From Escherichia phage ES17: a stretch of 64,000 bases of DNA. The notes under the pieces are model-generated. The model made no database searches. It saw nothing but the letters and a program-made list of their open reading frames with translations, and had not been told where the DNA came from. The stretch's first letter is position 1; every line of letters starts with the position of its first letter. Below are positions 19,956 to 30,115 of this stretch, in pieces. Position numbers and translations under genes: made by a program. Location of the stretch: the sequence record NC_070984.1; one strand, written 5' to 3'.

Positions 19956-20738
19956 ATGGCAATTAAAATGGGTATTGAAGAACTAGACCCAATGGTTCAA
20001 CAGGCTTCAAAGAAGTATGGGATTCCTGCTGCTTTGATTCATGCTGTAATCCAAAGAGAGTCTAGTGGTCGTCCTACAGTAGCTTCTGGAACTGGTCCTG
20101 TAGGTTTAATGCAAATCAGTAAAGGGTTGGCTAAAGACTACGGATATAAATTGGAAGATAGATTGGACCCAGCAAAGAATATTGATATGGGTGCTCGGTA
20201 TATCAGAGACAACCTAAAAGCTTTTAACGGTGACGTCAAGAAAGCAATGGTTGGTTATTCAGAAGGTATCGGCGGAGCTAAGCAAATGTTCGCTGGTAAA
20301 AGAGGGTTTACTCCACAGGCTCTTGATTCAATGAACAATAAACACTTTCTTCCTTTCTATGGTGATGCAGCTTCTCAGATTGCTAACCCTATTGGAGCTT
20401 TGCAAGCTGTTCAACCAGTTAACCAGTTTAGTCCGGATACTCTTGATAGAGAGAAGGCTGCTCAAGCTCCGACTCAGGCAGAAATTGCTGCTTCTAAGAC
20501 TGGTGCTTTAGGCGGCAATCCAGTAGAGTTTTACTCTGATGAAGCACAGGAAGGAGAAGATCAGAAGCCTCAACAGAACTTTGGTAATGCAGTATTAGGA
20601 GTAGCTGCTATGCTTGCTGGTAAACCTCCTACTTCTCAAACAGTTCAGAGGGCAAGTGCACCACATGCAGCAGGTTCTCAGTACAGTCCACAAACACAAG
20701 CAGTGCTCAGACGTTTGGCTAGCATTGGTGTGAAGTAA
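19956..20738 (+). CDS. Virion-associated lytic transglycosylase (SLT domain)
   Basis: 260 aa; SLT signature AALIHAVIQRESSGRPTVASGTGPVGLMQIS with catalytic Glu in ES motif; SD AAGGAGA. Confidence 0.8.
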   Translation: MAIKMGIEELDPMVQQASKKYGIPAALIHAVIQRESSGRPTVASGTGPVGLMQISKGLAKDYGYKLEDRLDPAKNIDMGARYIRDNLKAFNGDVKKAMVGYSEGIGGAKQMFAGKRGFTPQALDSMNNKHFLPFYGDAASQIANPIGALQAVQPVNQFSPDTLDREKAAQAPTQAEIAASKTGALGGNPVEFYSDEAQEGEDQKPQQNFGNAVLGVAAMLAGKPPTSQTVQRASAPHAAGSQYSPQTQAVLRRLASIGVK

Positions 20739-20757
20739 TAATCGTTAAGGAGGACTT

Positions 20758-21810
20758 ATGTCTTTATTTGGAAAATCAGCTTCTAGCAAAACCACAGTGG
20801 CTCCTTCCTCTCAGGTTGATGCCCTGCTGAAGCAGATTGTTGCTAATGCTCAGAATATGCAGAACAACGATCAGGGTTTTATTTCCCAACAGCTGGCTGG
20901 GTTCAATGGCAACCAACAAGGTGCTCTGAATAACTTAGCAGCTTCCACAACTCAAAAACAATTGGCTAATATGTACACACCTCGTACACAGCAAGGATTG
21001 GACCAACTAAATGCTCTTGCCCAACAGTATCAGAATATTGTTAATAGTGGTGGAGTGACGGCTGAAGGGGTTAATAACTTTAGTAAAGGTTTGAATAACT
21101 CAGCTCTTGCACAAGCTACTAGCAAAGCAGCTTCTAATGTCTCTCTTGGTAATGGCTCTGACTCTGGCTCTCTCCGTAGGGCTGCGGCTCAAGGGGCTGC
21201 TTTGAATGGTGCTAACACTAACCTGTCTCGTACTATCAGTGGCAAGAATATGGGGATCAGTGCTCTTCAACAAGACCAAAACTTCCAGAGAGGCTTACTT
21301 GGTGCTCAGTCAGGGTTAGCTGGACAGAATCTCAATCTTGGTGCTCAAGGTGTTCAGGCAACTCAACAGGCTATTCAGAATCAGCTCATGGCTGGTAATT
21401 TACAACAGCAGCAAGCTCAGGCTCAAGCTGATATCAATTGGCAGAACGCTATTGGCTCTCAGCAGTATGGATGGAATCAGCTTAACAACCAGCTTAATGT
21501 ACTAAACAGTGTAAGTCCAATGGCTGGATACACAATTAAGAATGCTGCTCCGGGAGTTAATGTTGGACAGCAGCTCCTAGGTGCTGGTATCACTGGATTA
21601 GGTATTGCAGGTCGTATGGGTGCTTTCTCTCCTAATCAACAGACTCAGAATGCTTGGAGTTCCTATAACAACTCAGGTGGGCAATCTGGAATGGCTGGTC
21701 CTATGATTGGGGGTTCTAATCTTTCTCAACAGAGAGGTCAGTCTAACTGGTTATCCACAGCAGGTAGTAATATCTTAGGTGGTGTCTTAGGGGCATTTGG
21801 AGCAAACTAA
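20758..21810 (+). CDS. Internal virion protein, Gln/Asn/Gly-rich (paralog A)
   Basis: 350 aa; N-terminus MSLFGKSASSKTT... paralogous to next gene; SD AAGGAGGA. Confidence 0.5.
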   Translation: MSLFGKSASSKTTVAPSSQVDALLKQIVANAQNMQNNDQGFISQQLAGFNGNQQGALNNLAASTTQKQLANMYTPRTQQGLDQLNALAQQYQNIVNSGGVTAEGVNNFSKGLNNSALAQATSKAASNVSLGNGSDSGSLRRAAAQGAALNGANTNLSRTISGKNMGISALQQDQNFQRGLLGAQSGLAGQNLNLGAQGVQATQQAIQNQLMAGNLQQQQAQAQADINWQNAIGSQQYGWNQLNNQLNVLNSVSPMAGYTIKNAAPGVNVGQQLLGAGITGLGIAGRMGAFSPNQQTQNAWSSYNNSGGQSGMAGPMIGGSNLSQQRGQSNWLSTAGSNILGGVLGAFGAN

Positions 21811-21822
21811 AGGAGAATATCT

Positions 21823-22791
21823 ATGTCACTTTTTGGTGGAGGCGGAAGTAAAACTACTTCCCAAATGATTCGTCCTGAATACATTCAACAGTATATTGAC
21901 CAGCTTAATAAGCAGATTGGTAATACCAGTTCAGGGGATTATGTTTATCGAGATAATGTAGGGTTTAATAATAACCAGACAGAGGCACTTAACAACTTAG
22001 CACAATCTGGTGCTCTAGGAACTCTCTCACAGCAGTATATGGATGCAGCAGGTCAAGGGTTAGGGTATCTAGATAATGCCTATAAAGGCTATCAGAGCCT
22101 CTCTGGACAAGGTGGGATTACTGGAGAACAGATTGGTGCTCTCGCTGGTCAATTATATGATGATGACGCTGTGCAAGCAGCCATTACAGCTAATAATGAA
22201 CAAGTTCAACAGAATCTAGCACGTAATGCTCTTCCTCAGTTAGCTCAGCAGTATGCTGGTCAGCAAGGTTCAGGTGCTCGTATGGCTAAATCTTTTGCCC
22301 AAGGTGATGCTCTGAATCAGATGCAAGGGCAAGCAACAGATATTACCAACAGTGCCTATAACTCGGCTATTAGTCAAGCTGAAAGCATTCTCTCTGGTAA
22401 TAGACAGAATCAGGCAGCTGCTCTCTCTGGTCTTTCTACTATTGGTTCTAACCTTTCTAACCTAGGTCAGCAGGGTGCTAATTTGTCTCAACAGCAAATG
22501 ATGAATCAATGGAATGCAGGATTGCAGCAACAACAGCAACAACAGAATGAATATGATAATGCCTACCAGAATGCTCAGAACGCAGCTAATTGGGGATGGC
22601 AAGATATCAACAACCAACTCGGTGCAGCAGGTGTACTTAACGGTGCTCTCGGACAAACTACAACCACTAAAACCTCTGGTGGCAAAGGTGGTTTCCTTGG
22701 TGGAGCTATGAGTGGTTCAGCAGCAGGCTCTTCCTTTGGGCCTTGGGGTGCATTAGCTGGGGGTCTAATCGGTGGGTTGGCTAGTACTTAA
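21823..22791 (+). CDS. Internal virion protein, Gln-rich with poly-Q tract (paralog B)
   Basis: 322 aa; N-terminus MSLFGGGGSKTTS...; shares N-terminal pattern with 20758..21810; SD AAAGGAGA. Confidence 0.5.
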   Translation: MSLFGGGGSKTTSQMIRPEYIQQYIDQLNKQIGNTSSGDYVYRDNVGFNNNQTEALNNLAQSGALGTLSQQYMDAAGQGLGYLDNAYKGYQSLSGQGGITGEQIGALAGQLYDDDAVQAAITANNEQVQQNLARNALPQLAQQYAGQQGSGARMAKSFAQGDALNQMQGQATDITNSAYNSAISQAESILSGNRQNQAAALSGLSTIGSNLSNLGQQGANLSQQQMMNQWNAGLQQQQQQQNEYDNAYQNAQNAANWGWQDINNQLGAAGVLNGALGQTTTTKTSGGKGGFLGGAMSGSAAGSSFGPWGALAGGLIGGLAST

Positions 22792-22804
22792 TTAGGAGAT
22801 AAAT

Positions 22805-24454
22805 ATGCAACAGACAACTTACGCTCAGGTCAGAAGTCGTGACCCGAGAAATACTTTCTATGGTGTTAATCCGGGAGCGGCTTCGGCCTCTCCTTATATG
22901 GCTAGACCCGTTCAGACAGCAGATATTTCTATGTATCAACGACCTGCTGTACCTGCTGGGTTATCTGCTCTTGTAGGTCAAACTTCAGTTGATTATCAGA
23001 ATATGTTGAATCCTGTTCAGAGTAATGGTCTTCCTTCTGACATTCCGAATGATGTACAACCTCAATCACAACAGGCTGTAACTCTTCCTGAGTTTGAGAA
23101 CCAAGAAACCATGCAAGCTGCTGGACTTTCTCCTTCTGCTATTCCTCAAGAATCAGAACCTCTTCCGGTAACACCTCCTACTAAACCGCTAGAAGCTGGT
23201 CCTATGGAGTTTACTCCTTCTCAGGTAGAACAGGCACAAGGTGTGATTAACACTCTTGCTCAAGGACAAGACACTGGTGATGGAATGGCTGCTGCTACTC
23301 GTGCTAAAGATCAAGAGCGTGTTAACAACGATATCTTGCAAGTTGCGAAAGCTAAAGACCCTTCAGAAGCTTGGAACAAACTACAGAAAGAACCATTCTA
23401 TCAGAACTCTAGTTTCTATACAGGTTTGATGGGTGTAGGTCTTTCCATTATGTCAGGTAAGTCTCCTATTGAAGCTTTCCAGATTGGTCAGGGAATGGCT
23501 AATCAGGATGAGACTAAGAAGCAACTGGAAGCTAACCGTGATGCCTTGATTGAACAAGGCTTCTCTCAAGACTCGATCGCAGCTGCTATTGCTAACGGAG
23601 ACCCGTCTCTACTGAAGATGAGAGCTGTAGACCCTGCTCAGAAAGAAGCGCTGTATGCTGCTCGTGAAGAACGACAAAATGCTGAATGGGATAGACGTCA
23701 ACAGATTCAAGAGCAAACTATGCGTGAGCGTGCTGATGAAACTCGTCGTGCCGCTGAAGAAAGAGCTAACATGAACTTTGAACGTCAGAAAGAGTTGATT
23801 GGTTATCGTGATAAGGTTAAGGCTGAACGTGCTGAACAAGCTGCTCAGAGTTTTAACTTTAACCCGAAAGAAGTTCGTCTTGCTCAGAATACAGCTGAAG
23901 GTACGGTTGCTAAGCAGTGGGCAGAGAAAGGTGGCCTGTTTAACCAGTCTAACAAAGACTTGGATTTGGCTGATAAAGCTGTTAAGGATAAAGACTATCA
24001 GACAGCTCGTTCTGCTTACATGCAGGCTATCATGAACTCTGCAAGAGCTGAAATCGGTGCTACTCGTTCTCTTACCGAAGAAGACTTAGGGCACTTTGCA
24101 GAAGACCCATCAATCTTCGTTCGTGTTGGCAACAAGTTTGCACTGAAATCTGGATGGCGTCCTACTGATTCTGCTCTTGCTTATGCTCGTAAGCAAGCTA
24201 ACGTTGGTCACACCTCTGCAATGAAAGGTGTTGCTGATGCTAAGAGAGCTACGATTGAAGCTTACATCGGTTCTGGTATGGATAAGAAGAGAGCTACTGC
24301 ATTGGTTAACCGTGCAATCCCTTCTGGTGGTTTCTATGACCCTCTAGGTGTTTTCTCTGAACAAGCAGAAGAAGCAGTTGGTGGTGCAGTAACCAATCCT
24401 AAGCTTAATGGTGCTTTATCAGCTGTCGAAGACACTAGCTGGTTCACTCAATAA
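22805..24454 (+). CDS. Internal virion protein (549 aa)
   Basis: SD TAGGAGA; Pro/Gln-rich N-terminus, helical C-terminus; within virion gene block. Confidence 0.45.
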   Translation: MQQTTYAQVRSRDPRNTFYGVNPGAASASPYMARPVQTADISMYQRPAVPAGLSALVGQTSVDYQNMLNPVQSNGLPSDIPNDVQPQSQQAVTLPEFENQETMQAAGLSPSAIPQESEPLPVTPPTKPLEAGPMEFTPSQVEQAQGVINTLAQGQDTGDGMAAATRAKDQERVNNDILQVAKAKDPSEAWNKLQKEPFYQNSSFYTGLMGVGLSIMSGKSPIEAFQIGQGMANQDETKKQLEANRDALIEQGFSQDSIAAAIANGDPSLLKMRAVDPAQKEALYAAREERQNAEWDRRQQIQEQTMRERADETRRAAEERANMNFERQKELIGYRDKVKAERAEQAAQSFNFNPKEVRLAQNTAEGTVAKQWAEKGGLFNQSNKDLDLADKAVKDKDYQTARSAYMQAIMNSARAEIGATRSLTEEDLGHFAEDPSIFVRVGNKFALKSGWRPTDSALAYARKQANVGHTSAMKGVADAKRATIEAYIGSGMDKKRATALVNRAIPSGGFYDPLGVFSEQAEEAVGGAVTNPKLNGALSAVEDTSWFTQ

Positions 24455-24470
24455 GACCTAAGTCCTGCCT

Positions 24471-24486
24471 TCTATAATGTATATAG
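24471..24486 (+). promoter_or_regulatory. Phage promoter-like motif TCTATAATGTATATAG
   Basis: TAATGTATA at 24475..24483, about 40 nt upstream of ATG 24522 (SD AAAGGAGA). Confidence 0.5.
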
Positions 24487-24521
24487 GGGGTAGGACATTT
24501 TTATTTATAAAAGGAGACGTT

Positions 24522-27500
24522 ATGGCTAACATTAAACCGTGGGAAGAAGCTTCCAAAGCTCCTGCGTATCTGAATGCCTCTCCGGAGCAACAAGCTCAAA
24601 TGAGAGAACAATATAAGGCAGCAGGTGGCTCTATTCCTGAGGAACAACCAGTAGCACAACCACAACAAGAAGAACGTGGTGCTATAGGTGAGTTTGCTCA
24701 AGGTGTGTCAAATGCTCTTCAATCTGGTGGTGCAAATATTGCAGCTAGTGCTGCTAAAGGTATTGGTGGTTTAGTTGAGATTGGTGAGAATCTAGCTGGA
24801 GCACAAACTAGTTATGGTAAGCGTATCCAAGAGAACTCTCAGAATCTTCTGAAAGAACGTATGGATAAGATTGAGGATGGGATTGGTAAAACTGTCGGTC
24901 AGTATGCTGGCGTTGCTGGTGATATCGGTTTGACAGTTGCTAACCCATTGGCTGCTGCTGCTATCATCGCAGGTCGTGAGACAGGTCGTGCATATGCAGA
25001 CCAAACCCCTGAAGAGGGAGAAGATAAGTCTATTCTAGATGCAGCCTTAGTTGGTGGTGCTAACTATGCGGCTCAGAGAATCCTTCCGGGTGCTGTCGGT
25101 ACAGCTGAGTCCACACTTGGACGTATTGGTCAGAACGTTGCTAGTAACGCAGTGGCTGGTGCTAAAGGTGGCGCTCTTGTGGGTGCTGCTGAAGCTCAGA
25201 ACAAGCATGGAGATGATACAACCTTTGCTAATGTATTAGAGGGTGCTATCGAAGAAGGTGCTATGGGTGCTGCATTCGGTGGTGCAGTTGGTGGAGTTCA
25301 TGGTTTGATTAGCCGTCCAGATTCTGCTGTCTTCAAGAATACTCCAGAGTATGCGAAGACTGATATTGCTGCTGATGATGAACTAATTCGTAGTGCTAAG
25401 AATATTGATGAACTGAAAGAAGCTTACTCTAAAGCTGAAACTGCTAACGCTGCTTCTGCTCTGAATCTTCTGGATGAGAATGGATTCCGTATTACAGATG
25501 CTGTTGCTGTGGATTCTCCTGCTGCTCAGCGTATTCTTAATACTGACCAAGCTCGTGCTGAGAAAGCTGCTTCTGTTCAGAAAGAACATTCCAACATTCC
25601 GGGCCTTAATCCTTTAGCTTCTCCTGCTAAGACTCGTGGTAAAGCATTTGCTGATAATGAGCACAACCAGAAGCAGGCTGTTGCTATGAAGGATGCAATG
25701 GCTGACTACACCAAAGACAACACGAAAGCTCTTACAGATGTTCTAGATAACCTAGACCGTGAATTAACTTCTCTCCGAGCTTCTGGTGATTTTACTGGTA
25801 GTCCGATTGATATTAAGAATCGTACACAAGCTGACCGTGATTTCATTGATGCTTACAAGACTTTCTACAATGAAGCAAATCGATTCAAAGCTCGTGAAGG
25901 TGAAGATTTTAATAACTTTGTAGAGAAAGCTACTGAACTACAGAAGATGGCTGATAATGTTTCTCCAGAGATGAAGAAAGCTATCGGTGGGTTGAAGAAA
26001 CTGAAAGGTATGCCTGAAGGTTTTAATCCTATTCAAGATGCTTATACTCTGAACAATACAGCTAAATTCATGAGCAACCAAGATCGTGGTTGGACTTCCT
26101 TGACTGATGATGGATTCCGTGAAGCTTCTTCACCTAGTCTGGTAATGAACACTCTTGGTGCTGCTAAGTATGCTCTGAATCGCTTCTCTTCTCAGCGTGC
26201 TCGTTCTCAACGTGTTAAGCAACAAGAATCTAACAGTGAAGCTATCCGCTCTCTTGCTCGTGGTGATTTGGAAGTTGCTCGTGCTAAATCTACTGCTGAT
26301 GAAGCTCGTGCTAAGATGGAAGAAGAACCAGTTGTTGATGACATTAAATTTAAGACGCAAAATGACGTAGAAACCGAACCGGTTCGGGAGCCTTCTTCTA
26401 GTACTGTGACGGAAGAAAATCTTCCTTCTTCTACTCCTCAAGAGACTCCTCTTACAGCTCGTGATTTAGTTGCGCAAAGACGCGCTATCCGTCAGGCTGA
26501 ACAGCGTCGCGCTGAAGAAGAGGCATTGGCTGCTCAAGAAGCTCCGGTCGAACAGGCTCCACAGGCTGAACCTCTCCCTGCTCGTAACCCTCTAGAGGAG
26601 CGTCGTGCAATGGAACAGCAACGTGCTCAAGAAGAGGCCGCACAGGCTCCAGAACCTACCGTAGAGGAACCAACAGTCAAAGCTGAGCCATTACCTGCCC
26701 GTGCTCCTAAAGCTCCTAAGGAAGCTGTACAGGACGTTAAACCGGCAAGTGGTGTAGAACGTTTAGCTGCTATGTCTAGTGCTGCTCGTCAGGCTACTAA
26801 AGATCGTGCAGAACGCTTTGCTCGTTCTCTGTACTCTAAGGCTGCTAAAGCTAAAGCTACTGCTGAAAACTTCTTGGCTTATAAAGGTGATCCTAAGGAA
26901 CTGATGCGTCGTATTCGTCAGGAAGATAATGCTATCAACACTGAACGTCATGAAGAAATGGCTCGTAACCAGTTGGCTTCTCAGCAAGGTATTGCTACTG
27001 CTAAGAACAACACTGTACGAACTAATTTTGCTGAATGGGTTAAGGAACGTGGTCTGCCAGAAGACATTGCTACTAAGGCATTACGTGCTGAAGAGAAAGG
27101 TTTAGGTGGGAACGTAACTAACTTGGATAGTCTGAAACGTCGTGCTGAAAGGTTGTATCAGAAGCAGCGTGAAGATGAGTTTGATAGACTGTACCAACAA
27201 GCTCTAGAAGAGAATAAAGCTTTCGATAACAAGAATGCTCCTAAGCTGGTTGACCAGAAGAAAGAGCTTCAGTCTGAGATTGATACTTTGATTGATGCAG
27301 AACCTTTACGTCCTGCTCAGAAAGACGCTATGCGTAAATTGATGAATGACTTTGTAGATGGAAAGTTTAAATCTTCAGAGAAGGCTGGTAGGGAAGAGGC
27401 TTTGGAAGTTGGTCAGATGAAGGATATTTGGGATGGGTTTATTAACACCTATAACAGAGAAGTGAATGCCTTCAACAAAGCTAACAAGAACTCTCAGTAC

Positions 27501-28943
27501 GAAGCTGCTGCTAAGCATTTACAGGCTCGTGAAGAACGTCTTGCTACACTCAGGAAAAAGGCTCAGGCTCGTTCGGATGCTAAAGCTGCTGTTGAGAATG
27601 AACGTAAAACTCTAGAGGCTATTGCAGCTCAGAAGAGTGAGATTGAGAAGATGATGGAAGGTTTACCTAAACCTGTTCGTGAGGCTCAGGAATCTCGTAC
27701 ACTGAAACAGTTGGCTGCTCACCACGATAAGAACTCTCCAGTTCCTCCAGAGAAGTTCCGTAGTTATATTGAACGTATTCACAACGCCGAGTCAGATTAC
27801 CTTGATCGTCAGCGCCGTTTGACTGATGCAGAGGAAGATGCTCGTCAGGCTAAGTGGAACAAGATGTATGAACAAGCGGAAGAGATGAACCGTAAGTTTG
27901 ATGTGGACAAGAGAGTTAAGCGCAGTGAAGAGCTTAAAGCGGCCCAAGAGCGTGAGAATGACCTTATGGCAGTACAACGTCAACGTGATGACATTCATCG
28001 CCGCCTGATGCGTACTATGGAAGATAAGGGCATATCTAGAGAGGATGCTGAAGCATTTGCTGGTTCCTATATGGATAACCGTTATGCACTTCTTGAGAAG
28101 CCTATGACTCCTACTGAACATCAGAATGCTCGTTCTCGTATCGAAGCTGATGTTGAGAAGTTTGCTAAGAAGTACGAATCAATGACTCCTATCGAGAAAG
28201 AGATTGTTAAGGTTACTGGAGATACTGAAGGTAAGCTTGATAACTTGGATGCGGATACTAGGAAGGCTATTGAGGAGGCTCAGAAGGTTGACTCTGATAT
28301 TAAGAAACTGCAAGAGGAAGAGTTGGAGATGGAGAAGATTCGTTCTGCTCTGCCTGATGATGAAAGATCTCAAGCAAATTCTGATATCTTGGAAAGCATT
28401 AAACAACAGGAAGAGGTCTTTGCTGATAAAGTAGAGAAAGCTTTCTTGAGTGGGAAGAGCTTGGATGAGTTGGCTAGTGTGGCTGAAGTTTTAGACAGGG
28501 TTCATGGTGCAGATAAGGCTGGTAACAACCGTCGCTTTGTACGTGCATTGCAGACTGCTGCTGAAAACAAGAAGAAGTATGGTGATAATCCAGTAGCTTG
28601 GTTTAGTGCTGATGATTACTCTGCCATTGCTAAACTTGGTGCTTCTTCCGCAGGTGGTAACAAATCCAGAGCACTGGAGAAGATCTTTGGTTCTACAGCT
28701 GAACAGGCTAAGAGTAAGTTGCTTGGTAGGGATGATGTAGCGAAGATGAGACGTGTGATTGAAGATAACCCTGATATTAAGATTCCTTCTTACAAGACAA
28801 CGAATCGTACTGAGTACTTGCAGTTCTTGGAGAAGTTTAATGACGAAGGGAAGCCTAAGATTAAACGTGGCTCATTGTCAGAGAAGCTTGAACGCAGTAA
28901 GCGTCAATCGAGACTCCGTGTAAGAGTTCGACCTAAGGAGTGA
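24522..28943 (+). CDS. Giant internal virion / ejection protein (1473 aa)
   Basis: Start moved to ATG 24522 with SD AAAGGAGACG; Ala/Glu/Lys/Arg-rich mostly helical sequence with internal short repeats (AEPLPARNP / AEPLPARAP); last gene of rightward structural operon. Confidence 0.55.
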   Translation: MANIKPWEEASKAPAYLNASPEQQAQMREQYKAAGGSIPEEQPVAQPQQEERGAIGEFAQGVSNALQSGGANIAASAAKGIGGLVEIGENLAGAQTSYGKRIQENSQNLLKERMDKIEDGIGKTVGQYAGVAGDIGLTVANPLAAAAIIAGRETGRAYADQTPEEGEDKSILDAALVGGANYAAQRILPGAVGTAESTLGRIGQNVASNAVAGAKGGALVGAAEAQNKHGDDTTFANVLEGAIEEGAMGAAFGGAVGGVHGLISRPDSAVFKNTPEYAKTDIAADDELIRSAKNIDELKEAYSKAETANAASALNLLDENGFRITDAVAVDSPAAQRILNTDQARAEKAASVQKEHSNIPGLNPLASPAKTRGKAFADNEHNQKQAVAMKDAMADYTKDNTKALTDVLDNLDRELTSLRASGDFTGSPIDIKNRTQADRDFIDAYKTFYNEANRFKAREGEDFNNFVEKATELQKMADNVSPEMKKAIGGLKKLKGMPEGFNPIQDAYTLNNTAKFMSNQDRGWTSLTDDGFREASSPSLVMNTLGAAKYALNRFSSQRARSQRVKQQESNSEAIRSLARGDLEVARAKSTADEARAKMEEEPVVDDIKFKTQNDVETEPVREPSSSTVTEENLPSSTPQETPLTARDLVAQRRAIRQAEQRRAEEEALAAQEAPVEQAPQAEPLPARNPLEERRAMEQQRAQEEAAQAPEPTVEEPTVKAEPLPARAPKAPKEAVQDVKPASGVERLAAMSSAARQATKDRAERFARSLYSKAAKAKATAENFLAYKGDPKELMRRIRQEDNAINTERHEEMARNQLASQQGIATAKNNTVRTNFAEWVKERGLPEDIATKALRAEEKGLGGNVTNLDSLKRRAERLYQKQREDEFDRLYQQALEENKAFDNKNAPKLVDQKKELQSEIDTLIDAEPLRPAQKDAMRKLMNDFVDGKFKSSEKAGREEALEVGQMKDIWDGFINTYNREVNAFNKANKNSQYEAAAKHLQAREERLATLRKKAQARSDAKAAVENERKTLEAIAAQKSEIEKMMEGLPKPVREAQESRTLKQLAAHHDKNSPVPPEKFRSYIERIHNAESDYLDRQRRLTDAEEDARQAKWNKMYEQAEEMNRKFDVDKRVKRSEELKAAQERENDLMAVQRQRDDIHRRLMRTMEDKGISREDAEAFAGSYMDNRYALLEKPMTPTEHQNARSRIEADVEKFAKKYESMTPIEKEIVKVTGDTEGKLDNLDADTRKAIEEAQKVDSDIKKLQEEELEMEKIRSALPDDERSQANSDILESIKQQEEVFADKVEKAFLSGKSLDELASVAEVLDRVHGADKAGNNRRFVRALQTAAENKKKYGDNPVAWFSADDYSAIAKLGASSAGGNKSRALEKIFGSTAEQAKSKLLGRDDVAKMRRVIEDNPDIKIPSYKTTNRTEYLQFLEKFNDEGKPKIKRGSLSEKLERSKRQSRLRVRVRPKE

Positions 28944-28952
28944 TAAAAGAAA

Positions 28953-28990
28953 AGCCCCAACCGAAAGGAAGGGGCTTTATTTGTTTCTAA
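28953..28990 (+). terminator. Terminator at convergence point of the two transcription arms
   Basis: AGCCCC-(12-nt loop with CCGAAAGG)-GGGGCT hairpin followed by TTATTTGTTTCT. Confidence 0.65.
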
Positions 28991-29132
28991 GTTTTAAAAA
29001 CCATCAAATTCGTCATACATCCCAATTCTCTTCAGAAGTCTGGATGTTCATCTTCAAAGCATCCTGAGATGCCTCCGTAGAACCAATCTGATTTATTGCC
29101 AAGAATGACAACTTCTTCATTCATATACCCTC

Positions 29133-29294
29133 CTAGATTGTGTTTATAAAATTAGTAAGTTTCTCTTCACTTTCATCAAAAGCTTTTCCAGCTGCTTCCA
29201 TCTCCCAAGTATCGGCATTGTCAATAAAGCTCTGAGCTTCTAATAGGTCGTGGATTAAGTCGAAGAGTTTATTTTTATCTGCTTGTGTGATCAT
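29133..29294 (-). CDS. Small hypothetical acidic protein (53 aa)
   Basis: ATG at 29294 (reverse strand), stop 29133..29135; below ORF-track cutoff. Confidence 0.25.
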   Translation of the reverse strand: MITQADKNKLFDLIHDLLEAQSFIDNADTWEMEAAGKAFDESEEKLTNFINTI

Positions 29295-29302
29295 GTCAGT
29301 TC

Positions 29303-29530
29303 CTAGATTAAATCGTAATACTGAATAATGTCAGAGAGTTTGAACTCTCGAATCTCATCTTTCTCTACATCTATCGCTGTCATAATCCAACAAGGTTTGC
29401 CACCGTTATGAAAACGGGAGCTAGCAACGGAGGTTCGGAGTGGAATAACGGACCGGTCAGCAACCTCGCCTCTCCAATTGCGATAGCGAAAGCGAAGCAC
29501 TTGTTGCGTAGATTTTTGACCATCACTCAT
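29303..29530 (-). CDS. Hypothetical protein (75 aa)
   Basis: Internal start (MSDGQ...) of ORF-track 29303..29671 with SD AAGGAA; upstream extension would overlap the HNH gene. Confidence 0.4.
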   Translation of the reverse strand: MSDGQKSTQQVLRFRYRNWRGEVADRSVIPLRTSVASSRFHNGGKPCWIMTAIDVEKDEIREFKLSDIIQYYDLI

Positions 29531-29924
29531 TTCCTTTTTTGAATTGTTTTCTTGCATCATTCTCTTCTTTTGTTTTAATCTTATGACAAGGGTCTTTACA
29601 CAGAACCTGAAAACCTTCTTTCTCACACAGAGCACGAGAGATGATCTCATCCCAAGTGGCTTCATGGTCAAGAGGAACTATAGGCTCTATGTGGTCAATA
29701 GCCATATCCTTTACAGGGTGGTCAGAACCACACATGGCACACTTAAAGTGCATTGCCAGTCTACCTGTCTTTGGATTAATCTTCTGCTCTGTCTTGGCGT
29801 CTGCTAGTGCATCGAACATGGGCTTCCACTTTCTAGTCAGAGAACGAATCCCTGACTTGATAAAAGAATTGTAACGAGCTTCAGTCCACATTCCAGAGCA
29901 TCTAGTCTTCTCAGCCTTCGCCAT
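29523..29924 (-). CDS. HNH endonuclease
   Basis: HFKCAMCGSDHPVKDMAIDHIEPIVP...CKDPCHKIK: HNH His-Me finger with Cys pairs. Confidence 0.75.
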   Translation of the reverse strand: MAKAEKTRCSGMWTEARYNSFIKSGIRSLTRKWKPMFDALADAKTEQKINPKTGRLAMHFKCAMCGSDHPVKDMAIDHIEPIVPLDHEATWDEIISRALCEKEGFQVLCKDPCHKIKTKEENDARKQFKKGNE

Positions 29925-30102
29925 AACCTACACTCATATCATCTTCTTCCCATACACGTTTATCTACTCGGTGTGATACTTTTTCACGTTTTTCTTTAAT
30001 ATAGCGGTTGCCTAATTCGTGGCTATATTTAATACGCTGCTCTTTACGAGATTCACGGTTGGAGGAGTTTTCATCATATGAACGATAATCAAATTTACCC
30101 AT
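29911..30102 (-). CDS. Small basic hypothetical protein (63 aa)
   Basis: Lys/Arg/Glu-rich ORF in tight operon context. Confidence 0.35.
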   Translation of the reverse strand: MGKFDYRSYDENSSNRESRKEQRIKYSHELGNRYIKEKREKVSHRVDKRVWEEDDMSVGYGEG

Positions 30103-30115
30103 TATAATATCCTTA

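Noticed and set aside
24522-28943. Interpretation of the 1473-aa protein as a tape measure protein
   Set aside because: No tail tube, sheath or chaperone-frameshift genes are present; the gene sits in a block of internal virion proteins after tail fibre genes, more consistent with an ejection/internal core protein.
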